From positions 58,902,001 to 58,966,000 of the forward strand of contig NC_045696.1 in assembly GCF_009834535.1 (NCBI RefSeq): a stretch of 64,000 bases of DNA, in the 5' to 3' direction. Below, piece by piece: positions 47,548 to 59,841 of the stretch (positions are counted from its first letter, which is position 1; each line of letters starts with the position of its first letter). Made by a program: the position numbers and the translations under genes. The notes under the pieces were generated by a model. The model was given only the letters and a program-made list of their open reading frames with translations. It was not told where the DNA came from and searched no databases. Source of the stretch: Camelus ferus. Its lineage: Eukaryota.

Positions 47548-49823
47548 CAGTGCAGGTGCCCAGTGGAACGCCACCCTCTACCACACACATGTACCACCCT
47601 CCATGGTTATGAAGCCCCAGGCCTCACTGGTAGCTGAGGCCTCATGCCCTCAGTTGGGTGTCTGGGAAGGGCCACCTGCGTTGCCCTGTCCTGGCACTGG
47701 GGCCTACAAAAGGCTTTGCCTCCTCATTTCTCACCTGGGTCTGAATGAGAGGGAATGGGCTACTCAGGCCAGAGGTGCAGAAGGACTTCCCAGCAGGAAG
47801 GGCTGTCCCTAAGGGAGACCCAGATCTCTTGGATAGCGGACACTGTCATGTTTTCCACTAGACAGGGAGGCCCTGCAGGTCGTGGAAAGGTGCAGACACT
47901 GGAACAAGGCACACCTGGGTTCAAGTCCTGCCAGGGTAACTCAGGCTGTGACTCCCTGCTCAGGGTGACTTGAAGGGCCTGGGCTTCGGGATCAGAGACA
48001 CAGGATCTCCTGCGTAATGTCTTTGTGACCAGGGAAGGGCTGCTGACCCTCGCTGAGCCTCGGTTTTCCCACTGAGAAAGATACCCTGCTCATCTGTTGC
48101 ATAAACTAAAAATGCACAAAAGTCTCTGGCCATGGCAGGCCTTGAAGGTCAGTGTTTTCTCCTACTGGGTGAGTTTTCTGGCAAGTTCTTACCCACTCCA
48201 GGCTTCAACTGCCTTCTGTGGTACAAGCTGACATGCCTGCTACGGCGCTTGGAAAGGACAGCAGTAGGACCATAATTAAGAACATGCACAGGAGCACCTC
48301 TTCTTTACAGAAACAACCCAAACAGCATGACTGAAAGAGCCAGAGGTGCTGCATTGTGAAAGCTACCTCCCTCTGTCTTTCCTATAAGAGGGAAGTAGTG
48401 TGGCTAATAGCGAACAGCCGATGAGCCAGTCATTTTTATGAGGTCTTGAAATACATCATTATATTGGCCACAGAAGTATAGTCTTAATGGTGTTTGGCAC
48501 AGGCTGGGTGAGTGACAGCAAGTGACGATGCAGGGCCAGCCTGACATCAGCATCAGCTGTGGTCCTCACCCTGAGTGCGGAGGGACCTTGCAGCCCCTTG
48601 GGAGGGATGTAGGATCGTTCTATCCAGAGGTCCAGGGGGCAGCTTATAGGTGGAAAGACGGATGGCCCCACACAATGATGGGACTTGAAAATTCAGTCAG
48701 GGTTGCTTCTTAGGGCGAGCGGTTCTTTATTGTATTTTAATTCATGACTTCTTTAAAGAATTTGATTAAAAACTATAAACTCTCTCTTCAGAAAAATGCT
48801 CTAATCCACAAACACACAAAATATTGCCTTAACATCAAAGGGTGCATGGATCTATTGGATCTCCAAGCCAGGTACTACTGCCCCAGGGACCCTCTCTGAG
48901 AGGACTGGGGACGGACCAGGACCTAAAGCCTACTCAGCTGAGAGGAGCACAGGGAAAGATGCTCAGGAGCCTGCAGTCCTTTACTCCTTGCCCAGAGGTG
49001 GCTTTTGATGGAAAGATAACGCTAAATGTGGCAAGAAGGCCACTCACATGCAGGGTGTGGACAGATCTTGTATAGCAACAGGGAAGAGAGTGGGTGTGGA
49101 AGGGGCTGCCCTTTATCTCTTTGAAAAACAGGAGTCAGTCCTGTTATCTCAGCTGGTCTTCCTCTGATTCCTTTCCTAGCTCTCCTCCTAAGACCCAACT
49201 TCCAAACTGCAGCCTGAGGCCAAACCCTACAGAGGCCCCTCTGAAGGAATCAGAGACAAAAAAGAATCCCCCTCCCCACAGAGTATTCTGTACTGGGGGA
49301 AAGGAAATTTTATTTTGAAAACAAAGTTAGGTTTTAAAAATAAACTGTTTGCTCTTTCTGGAAAAGGTGCTGACACTTTGCAGATAAGGAGAATGAATTG
49401 TCCTCCTGCCTTCAGCTAGCCATGTAAATAGGACCCAAAGATGCCAGGGATTCCAAAAGCAGATGACCTCATTAGCAGGCAGGGCTTCCTCATAGATCGG
49501 TTGGAACCAGCACTGGTCCCAAGTATGGGGTTAAGTTCCCAGAAACACTATTTTTTAAATGGCAGCATCTGTCTAGAGAAAAGCAGGGCTCTGACCTGAG
49601 TGGTGACAGGAGGAATCACTAACAGCAGCTCCTTCCCGGAGCCTCAGAACAAGCGCTCCAAGCCTCTGCTGAGCTGACTACACACTCTGATCCATCAGAT
49701 CTGCTCCCTTAGACTCAGAGAGCCCCTGTGACAGACGCACTCCCCGAACTCCGAGGAGATACACACAGTATTCTGCAATGTCAGCTTTACTGTTGGCTAC
49801 TGTCAATTAGTTTGTATTGCCAT

Positions 49824-49845
49824 TGTGTGTGTGTGTGTGTGTGTG
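49824..49845 (+). repeat. (TG)11 microsatellite
   Basis: Direct reading. Confidence 0.95.
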
Positions 49846-50997
49846 TTTGAGACTTTTGAAGACTGTCTTTTCTTTTCTCCCATTCATTATGTATCACAGA
49901 TCTCAGCTTTTATGATCAGGAAATCATATTACAAAATCCAGAGTAGGGACAATGATTCCATGTCCTGTGGAATGGCAGTGAGACAGGCTAGGGTTTTAGA
50001 ACCAAGTAGTTATATTCAGGAGTCAGAGGAACCACAAAGCTAGTCTTCAAGATGCCTTTTTTGGACACTAGCTTTTAACGTGTCACCAATAGTTACGAAC
50101 CAGGCATTTCAAGGGCAAGAGATTGTTTTCCCCAAACTACCTTTTTATACAGTTCCAGGAAAGTAACAAAATAAAAATCCAGAAAGGGCACTGGATTGCA
50201 AGTCTTAAAATGTAGTCTGGTCCTGCTTGGCCCTAAGTAGAGCAGGGAACCTTACGAGGGCTGCTTTCCCTCCCTGAATGGCCTGGGTTTCCCACCCTAA
50301 ACCATCACAAGGTTTGTTCCACCCCAAAGTCTCTAGTTCTCACTCCATCCTGAGGAGAGAAAGGAGAGTCACAAATACACTGCCTGCATTTCTTTAGGAC
50401 AAATCCCCACGCTTCACAGCGTGGACTTGCCCCTCCTCACACGGAACTCCACTCAGACCTGGCAGACCTCTGTCCCCACATGTCTCTCCCTCTTCCTCTG
50501 CTGTATTATGATTACTTATTTCTTCTTGCAGAGGCAGGCCTGTCCCCTCTCCCCGAAAACTCAGCCCCAACTCACCTTCCAGAGGAAGTGTCCCCACAGG
50601 GACCCCACTCTCCGTCCTCCTCCTCAAGGGTCTGTCCTGCCAGCACTGACACTTGTTTGCTGCGGCTTGTAAAATACTATGTAGTCATTTTCCTGTGGGT
50701 GTGTCTCTTCTCCTCCTGCCCTGTGTCCGGCTTCCCTGCCTGGCATGTTGGGGTCAGGACTGGGGAGGGGGGCCGACAAGATGAGCAGCCCTACTCCCAG
50801 CCGGGGGAGGGACCATCAAGTAGAGTTCCTGCTTTCCTTCCTGTCTCACTGTTTTGCAGAAGATGGCTTGACATTCACAAAGCAAATGCCTTAAGTAGGG
50901 GTGGCAGCCTTGGGTGCAGTTCTGTTCGGGAATGGTAGGAAGGGAGTGCTGAGAAGCAGGACTCTATGTGTGGCGGCGATGGGTGGGCACGACCTAC

Positions 50998-51114
50998 CGT
51001 CCACGGTGACTTGGCAGGAGCACTCGGCCTGACCAGCGCTGTTCTTGGCTACACACTTGTATAAACCTCTGTCCTCAGGCAGTGCCTTCTCGATGGAAAC
51101 GGAGCACAGTGAGC
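50998..51114 (-). CDS. MYLK: MYLK exon (human exon 19 equivalent), second half of an Ig domain
   Basis: 117 bp. Acceptor cctcag|GCTCA after a CT-rich tract, donor GACG|gtaggt. Translates (G)SLCSVSIEKALPEDRGLYKCVAKNSAGQAECSCQVTVD(D). Confidence 0.97.
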
Positions 51115-54100
51115 CTGAGGAAGAAGAGGAAGAGGAAGAGTTGTTTAGTAGACCAGGTCTGGGTTCAATCCGTGCCCTAACACCTGGAGCATCACAGGCA
51201 AGCATTACTCACATGGGCAGCCTTGGAAGCCTGGAAGTCAGAGGCCCTGTGGGAATCAACACCCGCTCCCCACCAAAGCCAGGGCACTTTTTTGCTGAAA
51301 ACTCAGGTCCAAAATAACTGACCCCTAAATACACTACCTGCTGGTACCCAACCCCACTTCCAGCAAGTTCTTTTATGGGGATATAAGGGAAAGGTAAGAA
51401 GAAGAGAAAAAAATAGTCTCTGCCTTTGGAGAGCAACAGAAGGGGCAGATGCATACAGGCGCCCACACTGCGCATCACCAGGAGAGACAAGCAGCAGTCA
51501 GGCACAGTGCACAGACTACAGGAGGGACGGGGTAGGTGAGGATGCTCCGCCCAGCGCACAGCATTGATTCTGGGAATGCATCCTAGAAAAGGATGTTTTG
51601 AACAAAGAAGTGGGTGGGCGAGGGCAGGAGCCCCTGTTCAGCAGGGACACTGGCCTGTGGGAAGATCAGTTGGGAGGAGACGGTGATCAGCCTGAAACCC
51701 CGGAGCTGGCTTTCCAGAAATGGTATCTGAGCTGAGAATTATGGACAATGAGGGGCCCTGGGCTGGGAGAAGGGTGCTGGGGGGCTGTCTCCCTTAGTGC
51801 AGGGTGTTTTGGTCCCCTCAGAGAGGGGTGGGATGGACTTCTTTCCCATGAGTCCACCCCTGCCCAAGCATACCTCTTCTGGTCAGACTGGGCATGCACA
51901 GGATTCTGGTCCTCACCCATTCTAACTCTCTCATCCCAGGCTTTGCTACTTCCCTGGGTTGGGTGGTTCCCTTGGAGTGTGAGGATGGGCCAGCTGAGGA
52001 CTGGGACTGCTGGGCCAGACAGGAGGGCAGCAGTCCCCTAGTTCCTGCCATCAGATACACATACCAGCCAGCAGCATGGCGTCCTGCCCAAAGCTGCCCT
52101 GTTGTCAGGGCAGCCGTCATCACACGAGGAAGAGGACAGAGCCAGAGCCGCACGCATCCTGCCGCCTGGAGCCACTGCTTTTGGCCACCTCCCTTACCAC
52201 CACATTATGCAGCACAAGCCGTTGGCCCTGAGCGGGCTGAGCTGTGTGCATCCCAGGTGTACAGGTGGAGCTGCATGGCCAGGAGGGAGGCCAACAGGCC
52301 CTGCTCCCAGAGGGCCTTTGGTCTCAAAAGTACCAGCACCCCCATCAGACAGATGCATAGATGTGACTAACAAATCCAAGGATACTCAGAGAGAGGAGGG
52401 CGACGTCAGTTCTGCCAGAGAACCTCACTGAGGCTGGAAGAGAATGCAGAGACATAATAGTTCTCTTTACTTCTCGGCACCTGAGTAAAATCTTAGATAG
52501 GGAGACCTGGTCCTACTGACCCCCTGGGGCAGGACAGCTGATCTGCGCCCCTCACTCCTACACTCTCATTTCTACCACCCCTTCGGGAAGGGCCTCACTA
52601 TGCTCTCCCACAGGGGAGGGCAGTGAGTCAGGACCTCTTCTCCCTGGGGTCAGGAGACAGAATTTGCAGGAACTGTCACAGAAAGGATTTAGGTTGGATT
52701 TTTAGGACGTGTGTCATGAGAGTGAGAACCATGAGGCACAGGAATCGGGGAATGAGGGTAACTATCTTCTAGAGAGAGAAATTTTCATTCATCTGGGAGG
52801 GCAGGGAATGGGAAGATGACCTCTGGCCCCCAGACTTGAGGCTCAGAAGAAACAGACCCCATCTCCCTCATTTCCCTCAGTCTGAGGCTATGGCTCTGAC
52901 AGCAGATCCCCCACTCCCAATGAACATCCTGGTCGAATCCTTGATTGCCTTTCAGCTTTAGGCCCCCAGGTGCCTGCAGCCTTAAACCCAAATGCCACAA
53001 ACTGCAAGGACAGTAGTGAGACCCCCCAGGAGAGGTGGAGCATGCAGACCACAGCCCTCGCCTCTGATGGGGGGAAAGCATCAGAGAAGGCAGCTTTTCC
53101 AAGCCGCTCAGGGCCTGGACCCCCGGCCACATGCGTGGGCAGGGGGAGGGCCCCGGCAGGCCCTGGGCTGGGCTAGCCCAGATTGAAGAATCTGGTATTT
53201 CCGGTGGGACAGCTTATTCCTGACCTCCAGAAGAAAAACTGTTTCCCAGAGTTTTTTTGAGAAGCCTCAGCCTGGTGGGGAATTTTGAGAGGGAGGCAAG
53301 GGGGATGGGAGCGGTCACCACAGAACCAGGGATCCGATGAATGGCTCAGCTAGCACCATCCCTGGGAGAGCCCTCACGGCCACTGAGTCTGAAGACTCCA
53401 TCCTGCTCTTTTTCCGAGTGTGTGGGGAGAGGAGAGGCGGGGCCCAAACCCTAGACGCTCTACTCCGAGGCTGTCCTCAGTCAGCACTGTCTCCTGACCT
53501 AGTTCCCCTGGCATATCTGGACAGTGTGACTCAGCTCCAGGTCACCTCCTCAGGGACGGTGCCCTCCATGCCACCTGTAAGCAACCCCAGCCACAGATGG
53601 ACCTCTTCTGTGCCCTAAATTCACCTTCATCAGAGCAAGTCTTCCAAGGCCATTCCTGGAACACACACCTCTCCCCCACACTAGCTCTCGGAGGGCAGCA
53701 ACTGTGTCTATTGTGAATGTTTTTCCTGAGTCTGGAATGCAGTCATGGAAAAAAAAAATTTACCATTCTGAGAATGACCAAGGCGTATTTCTGTGGCAGG
53801 TGATCTGACAGGATCTATGCAAGAGAAAGTCATGAACACTTCATCAAACATAACCTACCATTGAAAAAGTTAATATAATTTCTAAAAGGAAAAAAAAATT
53901 CCTAGTCATAATTCAAGTGGATTATGCACACAACACAAAAGGGGCCAGAATACTGCCTCCCACACAGTAGGTGCTGTACAAATCCCTGTGTTTTGCAGGA
54001 CGGACTTACACAGGTTTTGAAAAAGCCTTTGCAAGATCCCACACTGAAGGCAATTAAAAATGAATCATTGGTGGACAACAGCAACAAAAATGAATCCTCA

Positions 54101-55879
54101 TTATTAGATTGGGAGAAATGTTTGCCAGGGAGAGAAGCCTGGCCCGGGCAACAGGAAATAAGGCATAAAGATGAAAGCACTTCTCAGGAGCAGCACAAAG
54201 CTCACTGGCCGGCCGCTGGCCTCCCACTCCTCGGCCAAGGCCTGAGCAGCTCTGCCGGAGGTCCAGGAGGGGCCTGGGGAGGCCACCCTGCAGGCCCGGA
54301 GGGCAGACCCAGCTGTTGTAAGTGAACACCATCCGCCTAGCAGCTCCAGGGATGCAGGAAGAGCAAGGACATCTCCACACATCCCTCCAAGAATTTACAG
54401 TCAGATCCATCTGACTGCCACCACACCTCTTCTGCTCTCCTCGGCCCTAAATGGAGTGGACATAATCGTGTCTAGGGGAGGCCTGCGGGCAAGCCCTAGC
54501 TAAGCTATAGGGTTCAGAGAAGTCCCCCTGAAACCTATGAACAGCATCCACTAGCAGCAAATGCACAGATACACACATTGATGGGGAGAGAGCACAAGAG
54601 TCAGTCATGGCCAAAGGCCCTGGTGACAATGGTCTGGGAAGGGCTCTTGGACGAATCCAATCTTGATCTTAGATAACAGACTGGGGTTCAGTGCAATGGA
54701 GCAAGAGGGGTTCAAGGAGGTGTGGGTGGAGAGGATGCTGAGTGGGGTGTGAAGGATGGGGAAACCCACTTAGCACCCCCTTCTCCCTACAAACCACCTC
54801 AAACACCAGCCTCCTTGTTCCCACTGATGCCATCACTGGGACCTAGGCACCCACACACGGACACTCAGTGGTCCTCTACTCCTTCCTCTTCTTTACCCCT
54901 ATCCCCACTAAGCCAGGCAACAGGTTCTATTAATTCTACCCTTGCTTCTTGAACTGGTTATTTCCTGTCTGTGGCCATGGCTACCTTGTTAGTCCAGGCC
55001 TCACCACCTTTCTCTCCAACCTCTTCAGTAAGGTCCTTCCTTGTGTTTGGGCACAGAATCAATCAAAACCCCTAAACCCCAGCTGTGTCCATTGCTCCCC
55101 ATTCCCAACTCTTACATGGCCCTACTGCCTTTAGAATTGAGTTCCTTAGCATGATGGAGGACGGAACAGGCCGTGCTTCCCTCTTCACCCAGACCACTCT
55201 GTGAGCGGGCTTGCCTCTGCTGCTGCCTGCTCCCCTGCCTGGAAAGCCCATGCCCTCCCTCTCCTCACTGGGAGCCCTGCTTGCCTTCAAGGGTCAGGTC
55301 AGGACACAGCTCTTTCACCACCAGCCTTTCCCTGCGGCCCCAGCACTCAGTTCCCTCTTCTGCTCCCAGCAGCTCATCGTCGGCACTTGACTGGAATAGT
55401 TTTATCACTGTGAGTGTGTGTTCTCTCACCAGATCTACTGAGAGCAGACCCACTTACACCTCTCAGAGGACCCTACTCCCTGCCATGGGGCCTGCTGACA
55501 TGGTTACTGATAAGGCTTGACCACGGGCCTGCTCCTGGGGACCGTGTTTCACCCCACTCTTAAGGACTTGGAGAGTGAAGTTCTAGAGAAGGGGGTGGGA
55601 TGGTGGACAGAGTGCCGTTGCTGTTTTGAGGCCAGGCCATCTCCCTGCTGTGGAAGGTGGACAGGCCCGTTTCGAGGTCTGCTTCCTCCACTGCAGTGAA
55701 AATACTTGAAACTCACAAGCCCAGAAGGCACCAGCAGGCTTCCAGCCTCTGGACAGCTGTTGACAGTGTTGGGGGTAAATAGCCATTAGCACTTTCCCTT
55801 GACAGACAATGCTCTTGGGGAGCTGATCAGGGAAGGACAAGTATGCCGACACACTAACAAGAACTAACGAAGAGGTGAC

Positions 55880-56075
55880 AGAGCATAGTGGTCCAGGGTT
55901 GGGAACTCAACTGCCCGTGTTCCAATCCCAGCTCTGTTGCTAACTAGCTTGGGCAAGGTCCTTAGCTGCTCTGTTAGATGGGCAGTATAGTGGTTATGAA
56001 GATTATATGAGTGAAAAGCGTAAGATGCCTGGGCCAGTGTCTGGCACATGGTGTTCAATTAGTGCAAGCTATTAC
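55880..56075 (+). mobile_element. MIR SINE (approximate ends)
   Basis: gagcatagtggt...aatcccagctctgttgctaactagcttgggcaagg...agtgtctggcacatggtgttcaattagtgcaagctatta. Confidence 0.75.
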
Positions 56076-57569
56076 TTTTCAAAGGAGAACTACAAATATT
56101 CAGAATATTTTTTAAAGTTGGATTTGGGGCTCTCTCCATAATACCCTCCAACCCTCTCCAACCCCTCCACTCCTGTCTCTCTCTAACCTCTCCCTGCACT
56201 GGCCTTTTAATCATGTCTTCTTCCTCAACTTTGGCCCTAAACTGTCCCTCTGAGGTGATTCTGTGGTTGGCCTTACTGGGGTAGCTAGTGTCAAAGGGTC
56301 TCGGTGTCCAGCAGATACCACATAAGGCATGCTGGGTGTGAACAGCCAGTGTCTAAGGGCTCAGGTGTGTTTCTGAGACCAGGGCTGAGGTCTGCTTACA
56401 CTGCTTTGTTGCATGGACTGTTTATAAGCAGCTGTTGGTGGCTCTGCAACTTCCATGCCACTTCCAGAACAGGGGCATGGCTGTGGGCATTGCCCTCAGT
56501 TGTCTCAATATCAGCCTCCCTGAGGGTGTTACAGCCATGGACCTCACACTGTGTGGGCCTGTGAGACTGTATGTGTCCCAAGGACAACGGCTGCCCACCC
56601 TGCATCCTTGCCCAGAGAGGTCACCACAGAGTAACCCAGGAAATGCTCCCGGTCAAGGTTTTAGGTCAGTTTTCCACAAAACTTTCCAACCGGGAAGGGC
56701 CCACAGGGGTGGCAGGGAAGGCTTGGACATCTCACCTGCCCCCCTCCATGGTGATGCCCCACTCCCTCCTGCTTGTGGACAGACTGAACTAGCAGAGGCA
56801 GGGGGATGGATGAGATGACCCCTGGAGGCCCCTACCCAGCTGAGGATTTTCACGTGAAAAAGCTATCGTGCCAACACATTAACAGAAAATACCCCATTTC
56901 TCTCTCTCCTGGCCAGTTTCCCCTTTACTCCTTCAGCAGATTCAAAACGCTCAGCTGTGACAGATTTGCTGCCTGAGCTGCAGAGTGAAGATAGAAACTT
57001 CTTCCTGAGCTGAGAGGGATAATGCTATCGTCTTCGAATGCATCATTTGGGTTTTTAAGAGGAAGGAAGAATGCCAGAGGAGGGGTGAGGGAAGGGTGGA
57101 GAGGGGTGCCCTCAGGGGACAGGAGGGAGGGCAGCTGGCCGGGGGAGTGCTTCTGACGTCTCAGCTGATCTGGATTTGACAGAACCTGTCCACTCGGGCC
57201 GCCCTCTACCCTTCAAGGGTAAAATGCCACCTCCTGGGAGCTCTGTACTCTGCCCTGTGCAGAGCCTCCAGCATTAGCCTGGAGCTCAGGCGGGACTCTA
57301 TTCCAGTGCCGGCCACCAGAGTGGGGTGTGGGACGCCTGCTGGCCTTGAAGCTCCCATCCAGACTTGGGATTTACAAAAACATTGCAAACCAAACTGAGG
57401 GTCAAGGGAAAACACCCCTCTCACTCCCACCTCTTCTCTAGGTATAAACTGACCCATCTGAGAACTCCAAGCCCTGAAAGGCCCCAGATGGCAGGATTTA
57501 GGGCCCCCCCCACCCTCCGCTTCTCCCCACAACCCAAGAATGTGAAATACCAGCAAACAAAAGTCTCAT

Positions 57570-57579
57570 CCAAATTAGG
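57570..57579. promoter_or_regulatory. Consensus CArG box CCAAATTAGG in the first intron of the smMLCK transcript
   Basis: CC(A/T)6GG about 555 bp downstream of the large-exon donor. Confidence 0.45.
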
Positions 57580-58134
57580 AAGTGAGTGGCTCTGTCCGCC
57601 TGTGTGTGCCGCAGGGGCTGCTCAGGCTTTTGGATTTTCCCCTTCAAACCCACAGTGTTATCAAGGTTTAAGTTTCTGTTGACCCCCACATCATGCCCTG
57701 TCACTGCATACCCTGCCCTGAACCTAAAATGCTCCTTCAAAGGCAGTTCTCAGCCCCAATCCCCTGGTCAGCCCCAGCCCCAGTGCCCTCATTTTCAAGC
57801 CTGTGACCAGAGCCCTCTAGATGCCAGAGCTGGGGCATCAGCTCAGGCCCAGGGCTGCTCTGAGGAGCCACACCTGGGGGTTCCATGAGGGGTCTCTGCT
57901 GGACAGATGGCGAGACCCAGGCGTGCGCCTCAGGACCAGACTCCCATCCCTGACCCCCAGCAATGGAATGAGTGCCCAAGGTCCTGAGTGGGCACAGATT
58001 CCATGATTGAGGGGCATAGAGAGTGGCCATTCCCACCCAGGCTCTGGGCTACAAGCACCATCAACAAGTCAGGGCTCCAGGAGCTGACAGTGGCTGGGAC
58101 AGAGCCCCCTTCCTCCCAGCCCCAACCGTGTTAC

Positions 58135-59618
58135 CTTCTTGGGAGAGGACGATGAACTTGGTGGTCTTCAAGGTCTTTCCATTCAGCGTCCAGGTGATGG
58201 TGGCTGGGGGGTCAGAGGACACCTGGCACTGGAGCAGCAGCTTCTCACCCTCCACCACATGGACATCTTGTAGCTTCTCCTTGAAGGTTGGGACTGTCCC
58301 TTGGCTCTCTGGTCTTTTTTCATTTTCTGTGGCCCCAGCATGGCCCCTCTTGCAGTTCACATCATTCTTAACTTCCTTTTTGAGTTCCTCTTTCCCAGCT
58401 GGTTTTGGAGTCTCAGGTGGCTTGGCAATGCCCATGGGTTTGGGGGTCTCGGCTGGCTTGGCACTGCCCATGGGTTTGGGGGTCTCAGCTGGCTTGGTGT
58501 TACCCAAGGGCTTGGGGGTCTCAGCTGGCTTGGCACTGCCCATGGGTTTGGGGGTCTCAGCTGGCTTGGTGTTACCCAAGGGCTTGGGGGTCTCAGCTGG
58601 CTTGGCACTGCCCATGGGTTTGGGGGTCTCAGCTGGCTTGGTGTTACCCAAGGGCTTGGGGGTCTCAGCTGGCTTGGCACTGCCCATGGGTTTGGGGGTC
58701 TCAGCCGGCTTGGTGTTACCCAAGGGTTTGGGGGTCTCGGCCAGCTTGGTGTTACCCAAGGGTTTGGGGGTCTCAGCCAGCTTGGTGTTACCCAAGGGTT
58801 TGGGGGTCTCGGCCGGCTTGGTGTTACCCACGGGTTTGGGGGCCTCTGCTGGCTTGGCGTTGCCCAGGGGTTTGGGGGTCTCAGCTGGCTTGGTGTTGCC
58901 CATGGGCTTGGGGGTCTCAGTTGGCTTGGTGCTACCCAAGAGTTTGGGGGCCTCTGCTGGCTTCGTGCTACCCAAGGGTTTGGGGGTCTCGGCTGGCTTG
59001 GTGTTGCCCACGGGTTTCAGGAACCCTAAAGGCTGGGCATTGCCCACAGGCTTGGGACTTTCTGCTGCCTTGGCATTCAAGGCCTCAGCATTGTTGCTGC
59101 CATTCTCTGCTGGTAATTTTTTCTTACTGCCTAACACCGAGCGAAAATCTGGAGTGGCAGGTTTTGGAGGTGGTACCTTCTCAGGCAACGGGGTCTTAGG
59201 AGTCCCCTTCTTGGCCAGGACGGAGCGGAAGTCAACCTGCTGGGGGCTGTGCACCTTCCTCTCTTCCTCTGACACCGTCTTGGGCTTCACTTGCCGCTGC
59301 AGGTTGGCGCGGAAATCCATTTGCTCGGCTGGGATCTCCTTCAGGTCCTCTTCAGACAAAGTCTTGGTACTCACCTTCTTGCCCAGGAGGTCACGGAAGT
59401 CCAGCTGCTCCACCTCCTGCTGGCGGATGGCCTCCTCAGTGTGCTGCCGTGTCTCCACACGCCTCTTGAGCACCCCGCGCACGTCTTCGCTGTCCTCCTC
59501 CTCTGGCCACCCCTGCCCTCTTGCTGGCCAGCCGGGCCTCAGGCTGCCATAGTGGTCACCACCATCAGCACCAACTCCTCGGCTGCAGAGGCCCTCACAG
59601 CTGGCAGGCTCCCTCCCC
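58135..59618 (-). CDS. MYLK: Large MYLK exon (human exon 18 equivalent): five DxRxxL actin-binding motifs, smMLCK start ATG at 59320-59318, 12-aa repeat array and first half of an Ig domain
   Basis: 1484 bp. Acceptor ttgcag|GGGGAG, donor GAAG|gtaaca. Translates GREPASCEGLCSRGVGADGGDHYGSLRPGWP...DVRGVL..DFRDLL..MDFRANL..DFRSVL..DFRSVL...TTKFIVLSQE(G). Confidence 0.97.
58406..59053 (-). repeat. Coding tandem repeat, 18 x 36 bp (12 aa, consensus KP[LM]G[NS][TA]KPAETP)
   Basis: Units counted from the translation. 648 bp from AAGCCTGTGGGC to GAGACTCCA. The first unit is degenerate. Confidence 0.95.
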
Positions 59619-59757
59619 CTGCAACCAGTGAAGGGAAAAAGGAAAGTAGCAAGAGGAAAAGGGGCCGGGTAAGAAAGAGACGTCAGGGGAGAGCAAATCC
59701 CCGAGGGAGGGAGGGCGGAGGGGAGGGGAAGAGGAGGGGGGAGCTGGCCAGGCGGTG

Positions 59758-59841
59758 TTTATAGAAGGGAACATTGGTGAGAGGCGCTTGCTTGCTTAGT
59801 TGGTTTGTTACATCGGTAATGACTTCAGTAGCCTTATAAGG
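59758..59841 (-). promoter_or_regulatory. Smooth-muscle (short) MLCK internal promoter: CArG, CCAAT and TATA
   Basis: Palindromic CArG CCTTATAAGG at 59832-59841, CCAAT at 59777-59773 and TATAAA at 59763-59758 on the minus strand, upstream of the MDFRANL start. An intronic SRF-dependent smMLCK promoter is established. Confidence 0.85.

Noticed and set aside
48720..48875. Possible ancient hAT-type DNA transposon remnant
   Set aside because: It is too degenerate to assign a family or boundaries by eye.
49320..49570. Degenerate CArG (CCAAGTATGG) and a MEF2-like AT tract
   Set aside because: Neither matches its consensus exactly, near-matches are common, and conservation cannot be assessed here.
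58406..59053. 36-bp periodic array resembling a CRISPR repeat length
   Set aside because: There are no unique spacers. The units are contiguous, in frame and inside a mammalian exon.
58023..59552. Long plus-strand ORFs (509, 242 and 264 aa) antisense to the large exon
   Set aside because: They are shadows of a GC-rich coding exon whose 36-bp repeat lacks stops in these frames. They have no recognisable domain or independent gene structure.
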